Origin: Klebsormidium nitens
Taxonomy: Eukaryota > Plantae > Klebsormidiophyceae
Reading direction: 5' to 3'
Assembly (NCBI GenBank): GCA_000708835.1
Contig: DF237031.1
Span: 1-64,000 of the forward strand
DNA: 64,000 nt
This document shows positions 25,305 through 38,655 of this stretch, in pieces; the first letter of the stretch is position 1; each line of letters begins with the position of its first letter. The notes beneath the pieces were generated by a model. The model did no database searches. It had not been told where the DNA came from and saw only the letters and a program-made list of their open reading frames with translations. Made by a program: the position numbers and the translations under genes.

Positions 25305-28300
25305 CTAAATTTCGTCCACTAGGAGCTGGGTATACCAGTCCCCATGAATGCGGCTGTTTATGTCAGCCGTTCGCCCAATCTTTTCCGCCAATCCTAAAAC
25401 ATCCTCTACCAATAGACTCGCCCCAGCCCGCTTGAGCGCAATCAAAGCTAGCGCCTTTCCCAAAGGGGTCTTCGCCCCAGCGAAAACAGCCCCCCGCAGA
25501 GCAGCCGTCAGAGCCTTCCCCACCAAAAAAAAGATCGCGTCGTCCGGCCTCGTCGCTTTTGCCAAAAGTGACGTCATCTGCTTCTCCCCCACGTCAGCCC
25601 AGTCTTCCGAATTGATCCCCTCGCCCACCGCCTCTGCAAGCAGCTTCCCAACTGCTGCCAAGTTGACCGCCGGGTTATCCAACAGGTTAGCTAACCGCTT
25701 CTGCGCGGTTTCGACAACCGCCTCCAGCTTTGCCCCGGGTTTCACCCCCCTGCTCGCGAGCACCTGGCGGGTTAGCAGCAACCCAGTAACCATAACCAAA
25801 ACCCGCTGGTACCCGTTCTGCACTTCGCGGATTCTGCCCGTATCTAGTTGCAACGTCTCCGGGAGGGTTTCCTCGGTAACCCCCTGAGTTAGCGAGGCGA
25901 ATCTGAGCAAACCCAGCTTAACCAGCGTGCTTGGGGCGGTCCAGTCAACGGGTTTTGAGGCTTCTGGGGTTGGGGGAGTGCCCGCTTCTCCCAATCTCGG
26001 AGGGGGGGTCCGGGACAGCCCTGTGCGCATGGGGGGGAGAGGAACAACAGCTCGGCCTGCAGAAGAAGGCACAGAAGGATGATATAGGAATTGCGTCAAT
26101 TGCAATCAGATAGAAAACCCAGAAGGGGGTTTAGACGGACTTTTCTGTCATGCACTGCAAAAGATGGAACGCATGGTTCTGATCACGAGCATGTTTGCAT
26201 CATTCAACGAAGAAAGAGAATTCCAGAACACAAATTTCTTTTCATACACGCCAGAAGCCACGGGACTCGACCGAGACCGAAGCGAAGTCTTTTTTTACTG
26301 CGATTGAATCCAGCCAAACCCGGAGAAGACTAGTGGAGTAGACGGTTGTCAACGCATTTCGCCTTTTGAAAAGCCAAACGCTTCCAGACCGACTGATTAG
26401 ACTAACAAAAGTCTATGCTTGGTGACTATTCAACGTCCAGACTGAGCTTGTTCAAGGTTAAAAGCCTTGTTAGCAGTAACCCACCAGGCAACCCGGCCGC
26501 TGTGGCGACTGCCTCCGCCGCCTCATGATCCGTCCGGGCTGCGCCGACGCTGGCACTGACGTCAGCCAGCCACGTCACCGTTCTGGGCAGCGCCACGTGG
26601 ACGTCTTCCGCAATTTTGGGGTAGCGCTCGATGAACCACCTGAGGAGAAGGAACAGACGAATTTTTCACCAAGGGAAAACAGGCAGGAAAGGAAGGAACT
26701 TGAGTCGTCAGTGTTTGAAGGAAGATGGAACGTAAACCTCTTTGCCAAAAGCAAGTCATGAAAGACAAGGCATGAAATTTGCTTCTGGACCCAGTACGGA
26801 CACAAAGACACAATCAAATAAAACTACTCTGTGCCAGTACTCCGTCTGGGCCAAAGGCTGTCTACGCCTAGATGTACCAGTCTTTTTTCGATTGCGGCAG
26901 CAAAAGACAAAACGTCAGAAAGGAGCACCAGTCACCTAAGAATTGATGAGAACGTCCTCAGCCACCGCAGTCTTGGGAAACATGACGTCACGCCACATAA
27001 TCATGACGTCAGCCCTCACCTCCTCTCGTAGTCCACCCCCGCACTCCCCTGGAGCACCGGCGCGAGCGCGCGTAGGCGCGCGTTGCTGACGTCACGCTTC
27101 AGCACCCTCAGCCTCTCGAACACGTACCTCAGCCCCTTCACCACCGTGTCCGCCGCCCTGCTCCGTTCCGTTCCGTCCTGTCCCGCCGTTCCGCTCGAGG
27201 CCGTTCCGCCGGAAGAGAGCTCGGAGAGCAGGGCCTGGAGCGAGGCCTTCGCTTCTTCGTCGCGGGCGGGAGCGCCGAGGCGAATGATGACGTCAGCAGC
27301 ATAATGGAGGAGGCCAAGGAGGTGGGTGTAGTCGACGGTAGGGTTGTTCTCGAGAATCTGCAAAGGATTGGGTTTTACGTCGTGTCATGATTGAGCGGCA
27401 CCGATAGAGGACAACGACACCTTCTGTCGAAGGTGCCTTTCTCCTCGTACTAGCAGACTCATGCTTTCATTGTTAGGGTGGGGCTTGGACGTTAGCGGCT
27501 TGAGCGACGATTCCAAGAAGGCGGCAAATAATCACTTCTTTGCGTGCCAGGGTATCAAACTGCATCGCTTCAAAGCAGGCGGACTTCATCGCTTCGAAGA
27601 AGGCAGACTCCCCTCGTGTGTTCGACTCGCAAATTGTGTCCCCCTAGACAGAAGAGATGTTTCTCAACCCTTGCTAACATAGATGAGAAAGACGAGAGCA
27701 ATGCCAAACTAGTTCAGAAGCTGCTGAACCTCTGACAACCTCATAAATGAGTCAATCCCGGCCACCCAATCAGTTCTTGTTTACCAATTAGAACGCGAAA
27801 TAGCCGTTCGAAACCGCCACCGCTGGCGCACAGCGCTTTTACAAAGAGCTAGAACAACTTGGCCTTCCCAAAGAACTAGATCGGGGAGGAAAACACCCAC
27901 CTGCTGCAAAAGCTCCGTATCCATCCTTTCCGTGAGCTCTTCCTTCCACTTTGCCGGCACTAACCCCTCCAGTTCTCCCCTAACCTCCGCCACTAACCCA
28001 ACCACGCGCGCCCAATCCGGCGGGTTTGCTACTAACTTCTCCTTGACCGAGTCCCAGAACGCTTTCTCCATCGCGACCCCCAGTCGCGATTTGAACACAT
28101 TAACATCGAACTCCGGATCGTCGGGATCGGGCTCGTTTGCCCCTGCTGACGTGGCAGCTGACATCAGCCGCCAGTCGGGGTCGTACAGCAGCTCGTGGAC
28201 CATGTGGATGTTCTCGAAGCCGCCACGTGGCAGCGTCTCAGTGGCTGCCGAAAGCAGCGGTGCCCTGCTCAGGACGGGCGACTTTCCGAGCGTAAAGAGG

Positions 28301-31300
28301 GGAGCATAACCCTCTTGGTTAAGCGAGGGGGTTCCTGTATCCTTTCCGCCAAACAGCCGCCTCGCAATGGGCGACTTTCCAGAACCCCTAGAGCTTCTGG
28401 CGTCCGCCGCAGCGGAGGGCTCGTCAGCCGGAACCTCTAGCGGTGCTGGCTTCCTTGATGGGGAAAACTTGAACCCGCTCCGTGCCGGGGGGGTCCGTTC
28501 GCCCCCGGAAATCTGCCCCCCCGCCTCGGCCGCTTTCCCGCCAAATGCCGCCGACAGACCCCCGACCACCGGCGCCGTCCTCCCGCTGACGTCACCGCTG
28601 ACTTCACTCCCGATCCGGTTTCCGAGCGAGTCCACCTGTACGATCTCGACGGGAACGTCTAGCGGATTCCCGGACTGGGCCTCGGCCCTCTGCTGGATGA
28701 AGCGCGCTCTAAGGGTTTCGAGCGCGGCTTCCATGCGTGCCAAACCTTCTTCGCCGGTAAGCCGGTTGATACGCTCCCGCAGGAGGCCCTGATCGGAGGA
28801 GACTTGCACGCGGATCGCCTCTTGGTCGGGGGTGAGGTGCGGCGCATCTTCGCCGTGCAAGGCCTTTGTGTACTGCGCGAGGACGAGAACCATATTTGAG
28901 GACGTTTTGTCGAAATTGAAACGAAGCCTTAACCCTTCCGCATGTTCTTTTGCTCTTGATCTCGCTTTTGCGTTGCAGTGCGAAATACAAGTGTAAACGA
29001 CTGGAATACTGGGAATCCAAAACGCATCCTATTCAGGGTCACTTACAGTCACCTTGAAAGTCTTTCGTCAGGCTCTCCCAGCTTCACGGATTCCTTGGCC
29101 AAAAGTCTATGGGGATTGAAATCAAAGGCTTTTTAACATTTCCTTGCTCTGACCACTTAACATGCCAGATAGCTCACGCAGGTGTCCAACGGGAAGTGAA
29201 AGTCTTCCATTAGGACGGTCACAGAACAAAGACCTACTCGCATTTTAGTAGCCAATCTGCATTTTCTTGACGAGCCATGACGGTTCACAGCTCACCCAGC
29301 GAACCCGCACCAAAACAGAAGAACCAAATCTCGCGTATACAAAAATCAGTTACAAAAAGAGGGACCTGTCAAACGACAATGAATTATCTGTACATAAATT
29401 CGTACAAACGAGCTTACCTGGTGCATCGACGACTCCAGTTGTAGCGCCACTTTGATGAGGTCCCCTTCCAGGCTGCCCAGGTCCTTCACCTTCCAGGCGA
29501 CGAACTGATCCAAGTAGTGCAGCCACGCCGAGTCGAAGTCTTTGAGCTGCTCTGCAAACCTCTTCTTCCGGGGAGAGGACGCGGCAACCGCAGGTCCATC
29601 GTACGACTCTGCAGGAAAAAACCGCGTTTATTACACTTTCGACTTCGAAACAAGTTTGAACAGTACACACATCGAAACCCCAGGAAATCTAGAATCGAAA
29701 ACCTCTTTGTTGCGGCGGTAAACAGCGTTGTCCTAAAGAATAAGAGGAAGAGTTGGACATGCGTGAAACTGAACAGATCTGTTCGTCGGCCAAAACCTTT
29801 CTACAGCTGGAAATCTTCCTCCCTCAATTACAAAATATTCGTTTGAGAGACATGAGCATGCTCTCTCCTTCGACCACAAACCACCATCTGGACCAAGAAA
29901 AGCAGCTGCTCGTAGGGCTTCGATGTGCATCGATGCAAACGACGTCGTGAGAGAAGGGCAGCCAAGAAAATTGAGGACGAAACCGCATGACCTTCAACTC
30001 AATCTATAAAGTTCTGAAGGCACTACAAAACAAGGGGTTCCGTACCTCTGGGGCTGCTGCCCCCCGAATCGAAGTTGCGCTCCACAACAGTAATCACTAG
30101 CTCCTCGAACAAAGGGAGGAGCCGCTTCGAGGCCTCAGTCAGGGCGGCTTCCCGGGGACCTGCAAAAAAAAAGGTGCTGAGGTGCCAATATTCTGTTGGT
30201 CGCATTTCGGAGCATGACACGTGGCACAGTCCTCGCTTGTACGTAAGTTGAAAGCCCGATTTGAAGCTTCCCAAGCGGGGCGATCTTCTGGGAGAGCCGA
30301 ATTCTGACAGGTGTCAGAGCTTTTGCTGACGTATCGAGATGACGTTCAGAGCTGGCAGATCGAAAGGAGGAAAGCACAAAAGTGGAAATCGAAAGCTCTT
30401 GAAAAGGCAATTACCGACCAGTCCTTGGTAGACATTGCAATTTGGCGGAGGCAGAACAAGAGAACAAGAGTGCAATATCAGACGGAGAACATGCCACCTC
30501 CTCAAAACGAAGATCGCGGACGTCTAACCGACGCACATGAGCGTGAGAGGAAAGAACGTGCTATCAAAGTCCCAAGCACGTAATTGACAGCAGAGACGGC
30601 TGTTATTAAGCTAAGCCCTGTAAAGGCGATGCCTCCTTGGAAAACCACGACCTGGAAACTTGGGCAGAACGAGAGTGCGCAGAATCTGACTCACCCCTCT
30701 CGTTGAACACAGCCTCTTGATGCCCCAAAATCATAAACGCGCACAGAAACACCCGCGCCGGGTACCGCTCCGAGAAGGTATTCACACCCGCGGGGCTGTT
30801 CCCACCGGGGCTCGGAACGCCCTTTGGGCTGCTCCGTAGGCCACTGCGAACGCCTGGGCTGGGGTGTGAATGCGCTCCTGGGCTGCGGTGTGAATGCACT
30901 CTGGGGCTGCTGGAAGGGCTTGGAGACGGGCTGCGACGGGGGCGGGACGCTTCGGAGAGGCGGCGGAGTAAATGCTCGACCGTCGTGCCCTTGTGAGAAC
31001 CGTCCGAGAGCAGCAGCCTGTAAACAAGTGCATGGCCTATGTTAGCGTGAACACCGTGACTGAGAAGATAAGGGGCTTTGCACCGACAACTAGCCGTTTG
31101 TGTTCCCAAAAAATCTGTTGCAATTCAACTGAAACGTCATGAGGTTCTTCAAATGACTGCTGTTCGCAAGGGACGGTCGTGCATGCTTCGGACAGAAGCG
31201 GTCTGACAGCGAAAACAAAACCTGACGGAAAATGCAAGCTTTTTGGTTCCCTCCTGTTATAGATGTTTTAGATGTTTTGAACATCAGGGCCTAGGCACCA

Positions 31301-34300
31301 CCTCGACATAACGAAGACAAGATGCTCCATGACAGAGGAAGGAATGCTCCATGAGCGGGTATAACAAGCTGTTCATGTACTCGGTTCTTCAGAAGGGCCT
31401 CCGTTTGAGGTATGCAGAAACCTCTGGAGTAGCGAACCCACGATCTCAAAAGAACAACAGTAAGTAAGGACGAGATTGAGATTCCGCGCACCTGGTCTCT
31501 AGCCTTGCAAGCAGCTCCTTGGAAGCCTTGACAGTCTTTGCTGACGTGATCGACCCGGCGAAGCGCTCGAACGGCAGCTTGGTTGCGGTCCCCTGGCTGA
31601 CGTCACACGCCTGGAACTCCTCCGCCAGCTGGGCGGTCGTCTTGTTCTGCTGCCGGAACGCCTTCCAGTGCCTGCAGGAGCCGAAAGTGGTGTCAAACGT
31701 CTATGATATCGGACAGGCTCGTAACAATGACACTCTTTGACAGCTACGCGCAAACCTTCAGCCTGGCAGTTGCCTATTCCTACTGCAAGACTCCAGAAGT
31801 CACACCCTTTCCTGACAGCATCCCTGCTGAGCTTGTCATCAGGCGAACGCCTTGAATCGCGAACTCCGATTGCACAAAGGAACCGGGTCCACGTCCGGGG
31901 TTAACAACTGCGAACTAAAGCTGGCAATTGTCGTTGCCAGTTTCGAACTTCAAAGCCAGAATACCCCAACCCAACAATTCTCAAAAGCAACCCGGAACAG
32001 ACACAGCATACAAGAGTAAAGGCACCTCACCTCGTGAGTTTTCAACTGATTCCTGAGCGGCGCCTGACGCCTGATACTGAGGCCGACCCTTTTACGTTGG
32101 TTCGAAAAGCCGAAGAAGTCCCGGGTTGACCCCCGAAAAACATACCTAGCAAGTTTCCTGCTGAGCTTGTCCCCGTGCGAAGCCCGGCGCTTGAGGTTGA
32201 GGCTGCCCCTCTCCTGCTGCAGCTGCTGGCGGCGCGTTGACGCGCGCACCAGCTTCTCCTCCAGCTTCTCCTGCCGCGCGCGCGCGCCCTGGTCGCGCGC
32301 CTCCAGAACGGCCCGCGCAATTTCTCGTGCCTGGAAAGACGAGATGTCGAACTTTCAGATCCTATAGCTTTGCTATGTTGCAACTGTAGAATGGTCGAGG
32401 CATTCTCCCTTCGCCTGAAAGCGACAAGAAGTAGTACATGAATAGCTTTCAAATCATGAAGTTTTCCCCATTGCAAAAAGCACCAGCTTTTCCTCCGACT
32501 TCTCCTGCCGCCCACGCACGCCCTGGTCACGCGCTTCCAGAACGGACCGCGCAATCTCCCTCGCCTGGAAGGCGACAGGATGTAGGTTTCAATTCAAGGA
32601 TTCTAAGAAGCGAGGCGTTTTTTTTCTGAGAGAAGCGGCAGTATGCTTTTCGAGCTTCTCCAGCAAGCGCCGCGCGCCCTCGATGCGCGCTTCTTGAACG
32701 GCCCAGGCAATCTCCCCCACCTAAAAGCAACGGAAAGTACAATGAACTCCAGGGTTTTAGAAAGACTCTTCGGTGACAATTTACAGAATTCTTCTCCAAA
32801 TTCTCCTGCCGCGCGCGCGCGCCCTGGTCGCAGGCTTCCAGAACGGCCCACGCAATCTCTCGTGCCTGAAAAGATGCAATGTTCAACTTTCGGAGTCAAA
32901 AGCTTTGCTAAGTTGCGCGTTCAGAGCGCTCTAGACAATCTCCCTTGGCCTGAGAGCGACAAGAAGTAGGCTTCAGAGTTATTGCTTCCAGGTCTTCAGG
33001 TTATTCTCGGTTAAAAATCAGCGACTTCTGTTCCAGCTTCTCCTCCCGTGCGCGCTCCTTGGTCGTGAGGCTTTAGAACGGCCCATGCCATCTTTCATGA
33101 TTCATCATTCGAATCCAGGGCCTCTAACATGGACCTTGGCGAGCATCTTTAAGACAGGGTCTCTTGCGCCTGCATGATTCGATGATAACGTGCAACACGT
33201 TCTCTCGATAGAGATGTCGCCCTGATGATCGCTTTTCAGGCTCCTCTCAAAACCATTTGGGAATTTCTAAGGACTTCCCGGAGTCCCCTGGAAATCTGTC
33301 AGGACCTTCGTACCAAAAACGTTCGGCAACGTAATGATACGAAGCACAAGATCTAGCAAAAGATAAGTCGTCACCGACTTTTGTTGCTCCCGAAAATCTT
33401 GTGTGTGCTCTGCCGCATTTCCCCATGCCCCTAGAACAAGGAAACCAGGACATTAAGCCGTAGGTCGGAAAGAAGGGATCCAACCCCTAGAAGCCCATCA
33501 TCCCGCCACAGCAGAGAAACTGCGGCTGTCGTACCTGCAGATAGCGCTCCGCCGCCTTGCCCCGCTCCGCCTCCAGGAGCGCCGCCCTGCGCTGTTCCGC
33601 CTTCACGAGGCGCTGCCAGGTGGCGTCCCAGCGACGCTCGGCGCTGCCCTGGCGGCGCGCTAGGCGTTGCTCGTGAGACGCGAAGTAGGCGGCTAGGCGA
33701 TCCTGGTCCCTTGCGAGCAGCTCGGTTCTGTGAGGATATAGACAAAAACATGTTTGGATTTGTAAATTCTGTTTGAATATGTGGAAGTTGTTAGGGTATG
33801 TTTAAATTTGTTTGAATCTGTTTAAATCTGTTGGGATACTACAAGGTTTGTTTCTTAGCCCTCACCGACAGATTATGATGCGGAAAGAAGTAACTACTGA
33901 ACAAATCTCCAGTGGAGCTTCGCAATGGGCCTGCAACTAAGGTGCTGCTTGTGAGAGGCGAAGTAAGCGGCGGGGCAGTCCTGGTCACTTGCAAGCAGCT
34001 TCGCGACAGAGGGGAAAGGAAAATCAAAAGCAATACGGAAGACCTAGAAGGCCCCTGAGAGCAGGAACAAGGAGCCGCACAGAACAGCACATAGGATCCG
34101 AAGACTCAAGAGCACATCTGGCAACCCAAGCATGTGACCCAATCATCCACCAACACTTTATGCAGATTCTATCGCACCTGCATCCAACTTTCTCCATGCC
34201 ATAGAAAAAGCCTTTGTGCGCACTCCTGAGTCTAGCTTCTCAAGGTCTGGACGTATCGGCTTTGAGGCTTCCTGATCTGCGGTTGCAGCCCTTTTGCAAC

Positions 34301-35416
34301 CCACCAAAGATCCTTGTTCCCCTCTCCTATTCCAGATGATATGAAAACAAAGAGTCCCACAACCCCTTTTGGAGGAGGAAATCCATGCCAGACGATGAGA
34401 CACGAAGCTGAGCAAGCGAATGCCAGAAGCTCACCGTTTCGCTTCTGCAGCAGAAAGCCGGGCCTCCAGCTTAGCCGCCAATTCCTCGCTCGAGAAGGAC
34501 ACCGGGACTGGGCTCTTCTGCTTTGGCTTCGCCTTGTTGGACAGCCAGTCAAGGAACTCCTTTCTGCAGAGGCATGTGTAATTAAGCTTACTACTCTTCA
34601 TTCTTTTGAGAACCCAATAAGCTGAACATGGTATTTGGCCCAACGATGTTTTTACTTCCAAATCTTAGTGTTGACTGTCGAACCTTCAGCTGTGGCTCTG
34701 ATCTGAGAGAAAGCCAGTATCACATTTGCATCGCTAATAACATTGAAGTCCAAACAAACGCCATTTATATAGAACCATACCACTTTGATTAGCAACAATG
34801 GTTTTCCGCAGGTAGAGTGCCGAGACCGACAAAAGCAGGGTAGCCCTCGTCATTTCTGTCTGACTAGGGCTTCGCAAAAGGCATTCATTAACACTGGTTC
34901 AACACTAACCCTCTTTTCTTGATTAATCCCTGCAGTCTCTCAGTGCTGTTGCTGGGCCATGAAAATGCAAGTGTAACCTCCCATCTTTTACCTTGCCTTT
35001 GGCGTTGCTAAAGTTCGATGACCTGGGGGGTGAGAATCACAGACTTTTATCCAAAAATTGCTTGACGGAGAGCATATTGAACAAAACGAGTTTGGCTTTC
35101 CAGCCCTGTTCCACGATTCAGAAACAAGGGAATGGTATCGTGCTGGAAGAAGATGACTAGGAGGTAAACAAGTTTCAGTTCAGACTAACCTCCTCTTCTC
35201 AGCCAAGATCAGCTTCTGGTCAATCTCTTCATTGCTGTAGGGCCGTGCGATCTCGCTACGCTCTGCCAGCCTCTTCTCCAAGCCCTTTGGGATGGGGCTG
35301 CCTTGCCCCTCCATTTCAATGTCAAAAGCCAGCGCCGATCTGGGGGATCCCCCGAGGCCGGTGACATCATCGCTGATGTCAATGGCAAGAGCTGGCCGCC
35401 GCGCCGATGCCATCAT
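25305..35416 (-). CDS. T-complex protein 11 (TCP11) family protein, plant type, about 1252 aa
   Basis: 12 phase-consistent exons: 35416-35190, 34563-34435, 33727-33535, 32330-32146, 31671-31492, 31017-30695, 30159-30046, 29608-29418, 28872-27901, 27357-27020, 26639-26485, 26056-25305. Motifs typical of plant TCP11: [60 protein letters not shown]. Confidence 0.9.
32490..33110 (-). repeat. At least four echoes of the acceptor and 5' end of TCP11 exon 32330-32146
   Basis: (C/T)CAG|GC(A/G)(C/A)GAGA(A/G)ATTGCG(C/T)G...GTTCTGGA(G/A)GC...GACCAGGGCG copies with acceptor-equivalent positions near 32564, 32720, 32865 and 32949, plus a faint one near 33100. Confidence 0.85.
33940..34010 (-). repeat. 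Echo of the 5' end of TCP11 exon 33727-33535
   Basis: Plus-strand CTTGTGAGAGGCGAAGTAAGCGGCGGGGCAGTCCTGGTCACTTGCAAGCAGCT resembles the exon's CTCGTGAGACGCGAAGTAGGCGGCTAGGCGATCCTGGTCCCTTGCGAGCAGCT. Confidence 0.75.
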
Positions 35417-38400
35417 TCTTGCTGCTGAAAAATGAGGGGGATAAAGTGTCAATCGTTTTGGCATACGGAACACCTTTCCGTTGCTGCTAAAGAAATGAGA
35501 AGCTTTGTCTTGAGTGATACAAAAGAAAAAACCAAAGACAGTGATTCATGGGCTAACATCCTAGCAACTTGAGTATTGAGAAGAAAGATATGAGGCCACG
35601 AATGGTGATACCCTAGCTCTAACCAAGTGTCAAAACCCTAATAATCACAAACACTTGCATCTGATGGAATCCGCACAACATGCATAATACGCTGCTGTTC
35701 ACTGCATTTCAACGTTTAAAACAAAGTACATCAACTCAGTGATGACCTCTACAACCAAAGCTCAATTAACAAGCGAACAGGTGAATGCTGGTCAATATCT
35801 TCAAAGGCCAGATTTTTCCAAACCCTGGGAACCTAAGGAACGGTTTCAAAAAATGGGCCATCGAAATTAACCAGGAACCGAAAGTCAAACACTCCTTAGA
35901 AAACACAATGCTGACTCTGTTGAGACTTGCCAACATCCGTCTTGCGACTATGGTATAAGTCAGACTTGATCAGAACCTAAGATGCCTCATCCTAGCCAGT
36001 TTCAGTACAAAGTACGGCATTGCATTGCAATGTCGTGAACCAGCAGCATAAACAGGACCCCAGCATTACAGGAACCTGATGTATATCTGACAATGAGACC
36101 AAACAACCTAACCCTTCAATGAACTTCATGCCTCGCATGTGAGGCTGAACAAGAGCTAAAAGCAGGCTGATCGGCAAGGACAAACCAGACAGCAGTCCAC
36201 CTCTACTATCTACTGTGACAATACTGCAATATCAGAAGACCAACGCTTGCCACGGTAAAAGGTGTAGAGTCCTAAACCATGCTACGGAATGCGACAGTCA
36301 GTGCATTTGCAAACTAGAACCAGGTCCAAACAGCTGCAATACCTCCTAGTCAACCGAACAAAAGTCATGGCCAGAGGTTATTTGGCAGCATAAGCCAAAA
36401 CCCCTACATGCAAACGCAAAGTGCTGTAACTCCGGATTTTGCGCGTGCCCCTACTTTGTTTCCATGACGTTCCTCTTCTCAAGAGAGGCGAGGAATTCCT
36501 CACAGACCGTCCAGTATTCACCCCATACTCATGCTCTTCTCGAGTTTTCTTCTCTCAAGGATCTTCTCCAACAATTCTCTAGTATCTGAAACACCATAAA
36601 GACCCTTAAAATGGGAAACTTCTCGAACAGAACCCCTTTCTTTGGTGAGAAGAACAGCTTGTGAAGCTCACCATGCACAAAAAGAAAGCCCAAAATCAAG
36701 CCATTTTCCATCCCAACTCAGGGAGAGACTCCCTTGACAGAACAAAAGGCAGCTCAAACTATTCCCAACTTACCTACAAACCTTGGGCGTAAGTTTGCCT
36801 TCTAGCGTCTGCAAACGTCCCTTGCCACCCACTCTCGTCGGAAGAAACGTAAAACCCTCCGGCACAGCTGAAAACTTGCTTGCCCTCAGCTCTAGCACAA
36901 ACGATGTCTTCAATAGCTCCTTCCGCTTTCCATTGCAAGAAGAGTCAAGTCAGCTTTTCATTGCAACCAAGTTCTTCCAAGGAGCCCCTTGTTGATCTGG
37001 TAAAGAGGCGGAAGCCTTGTAAGTTTCCTCAGGTTTCGCCAGCTGTTTCTCGAAAGTAAGATCGCCGAAACGGCGAAAGAACCTGCCAGTGCTGGCGCCA
37101 GTGCATGAATCTCAGCCTGAAGTTTTTAGGTGAAAATCAAACCCTAAAATGAGGGGAACGAAGGTGTCCAGCGTGGCATGCGTGCTCGCTTGGAAAGCGC
37201 AGCGTCCGATCAATCATTGCGCAACAGCTGGCAGTCTGTTGCACCCTCCGATTGAGGCGCCCCCTTTTTTGTCCGTCAGATAAAGGATAGACCCGGGCAG
37301 CTCCGGATGTGACTCTCGAATCACAGCCCGGAAGCAAAGATGCCGGACCGGGACGGGTTCTGTGGGTCTCGCAATCCGATTAGAGGTCGGTCATATCCAC
37401 CGAGCCTAGAAACGCCTTGTTTCTTCGACCCGGGTCTACTGGCCGGGGGAGCAGCATCATAAATTAACTACGCGACACGTGCACCACATGAGACACGTGG
37501 CTCGGATGATTTGCTGCGGCACACCACAACTGGTTTAGAAGGACTCCAAGTGCAGGATAGTAGAGCAGAGCAACTGCTTCAGCAGAGTCTTCTTCTAACT
37601 ACGGAAACTGCGCCTCATTGTCAGGGTGACAGTATGAGTCATGACATGACGCGCACAATAATGCACATTGAGAAGCGGGGACCAGCTCGGTTGCGCAATG
37701 CGCCTCCCGAAGTGTATCTCCACTGTCCAGCACCCTGTACCAGGTACTACCGTATAGTGGTCACTAGCAGGTATGCCTACGTAGGCAATCACCTGTGTAC
37801 CTGATCGCTGGGGATGCAATCGGATCGCCTGTGGCGTTTGCCCGCCGCATTCAGAAAGTCTGACTTCAGGAAATGGCCTCGTACTTCTCAACCACACATA
37901 CCTACCTACTACGGGACATACCGTATCTTGATAGGTAGGTATCTGTCAACCTAGCTACAGCATCTGCCTATACTAGCCCCGTACTTGCCAATACTTGCTC
38001 AGGTGTACAAAAGAGTCGGGATGCTCAGGATTGCATAGCTGGCCCCTAGCTACACCGCAAAAATTTGGTTTCCTTCTTCAACTTGTTCATTGAAAGCATG
38101 ACTCACTCGCAACCGGAGCTGGCAAAACCATGAATACTAAATAGCGGCCCCTGGCATCGATCATCAGATGAACGAGGATTCAATGCCGTTGATCTGCTAT
38201 CGTGGGGCTATCGTTTGGTTCTGATCAACCTGCTAGTGAAGCATAAACGAGCTTGATACTGTAGTGATCACACCTTTCGACACCGGGCCTCGTCTTTCGC
38301 TTTTGCGTTGGTAGTGTGTCAATTTCCTCACCCCAGCTTTGCCTTTCTCGAGCTTTCACAACAATCTACAAAAGTGCAAAAGCGACTCGTCAAAAAGTGC

Positions 38401-38575
38401 AGCTTCAACGACCCTAGCTTCTCATACCGGTAAAGGGAGCATTCACGTACCTCATCAGCGATCCTGCCATCATTTCTTCCACACTGCTTCGAGCCGTTCT
38501 CTCCAGCCAATCATTTCCTGCAGGTCGCTGCAGGTCGCTTCTTGTTCCGGCCATCATCTCAACAAGCAATCTCTC

Positions 38576-38583
38576 TATATAAA
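38576..38583 (+). promoter_or_regulatory. TATA box of the acetamidase/formamidase gene
   Basis: TATATAAA about 75 bp upstream of the ATG at 38656. Confidence 0.5.
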
Positions 38584-38655
38584 TCAGCTCACATTGAGCT
38601 GAAGGCGTCTGGAGAAGGAGCTCTGCCGTCAAATCAGCTGCGCTTTTGGTGCACA

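Noticed and set aside
25348-28792. Plus-strand ORFs overlapping TCP11 exons, and similar antisense ORFs over other exons
   Set aside because: They are antisense shadows of GC-rich coding sequence.
38160-38230. Box C/D snoRNA-like segment (..GATGA...CTGA)
   Set aside because: Box C is imperfect and no convincing rRNA-complementary guide was seen.
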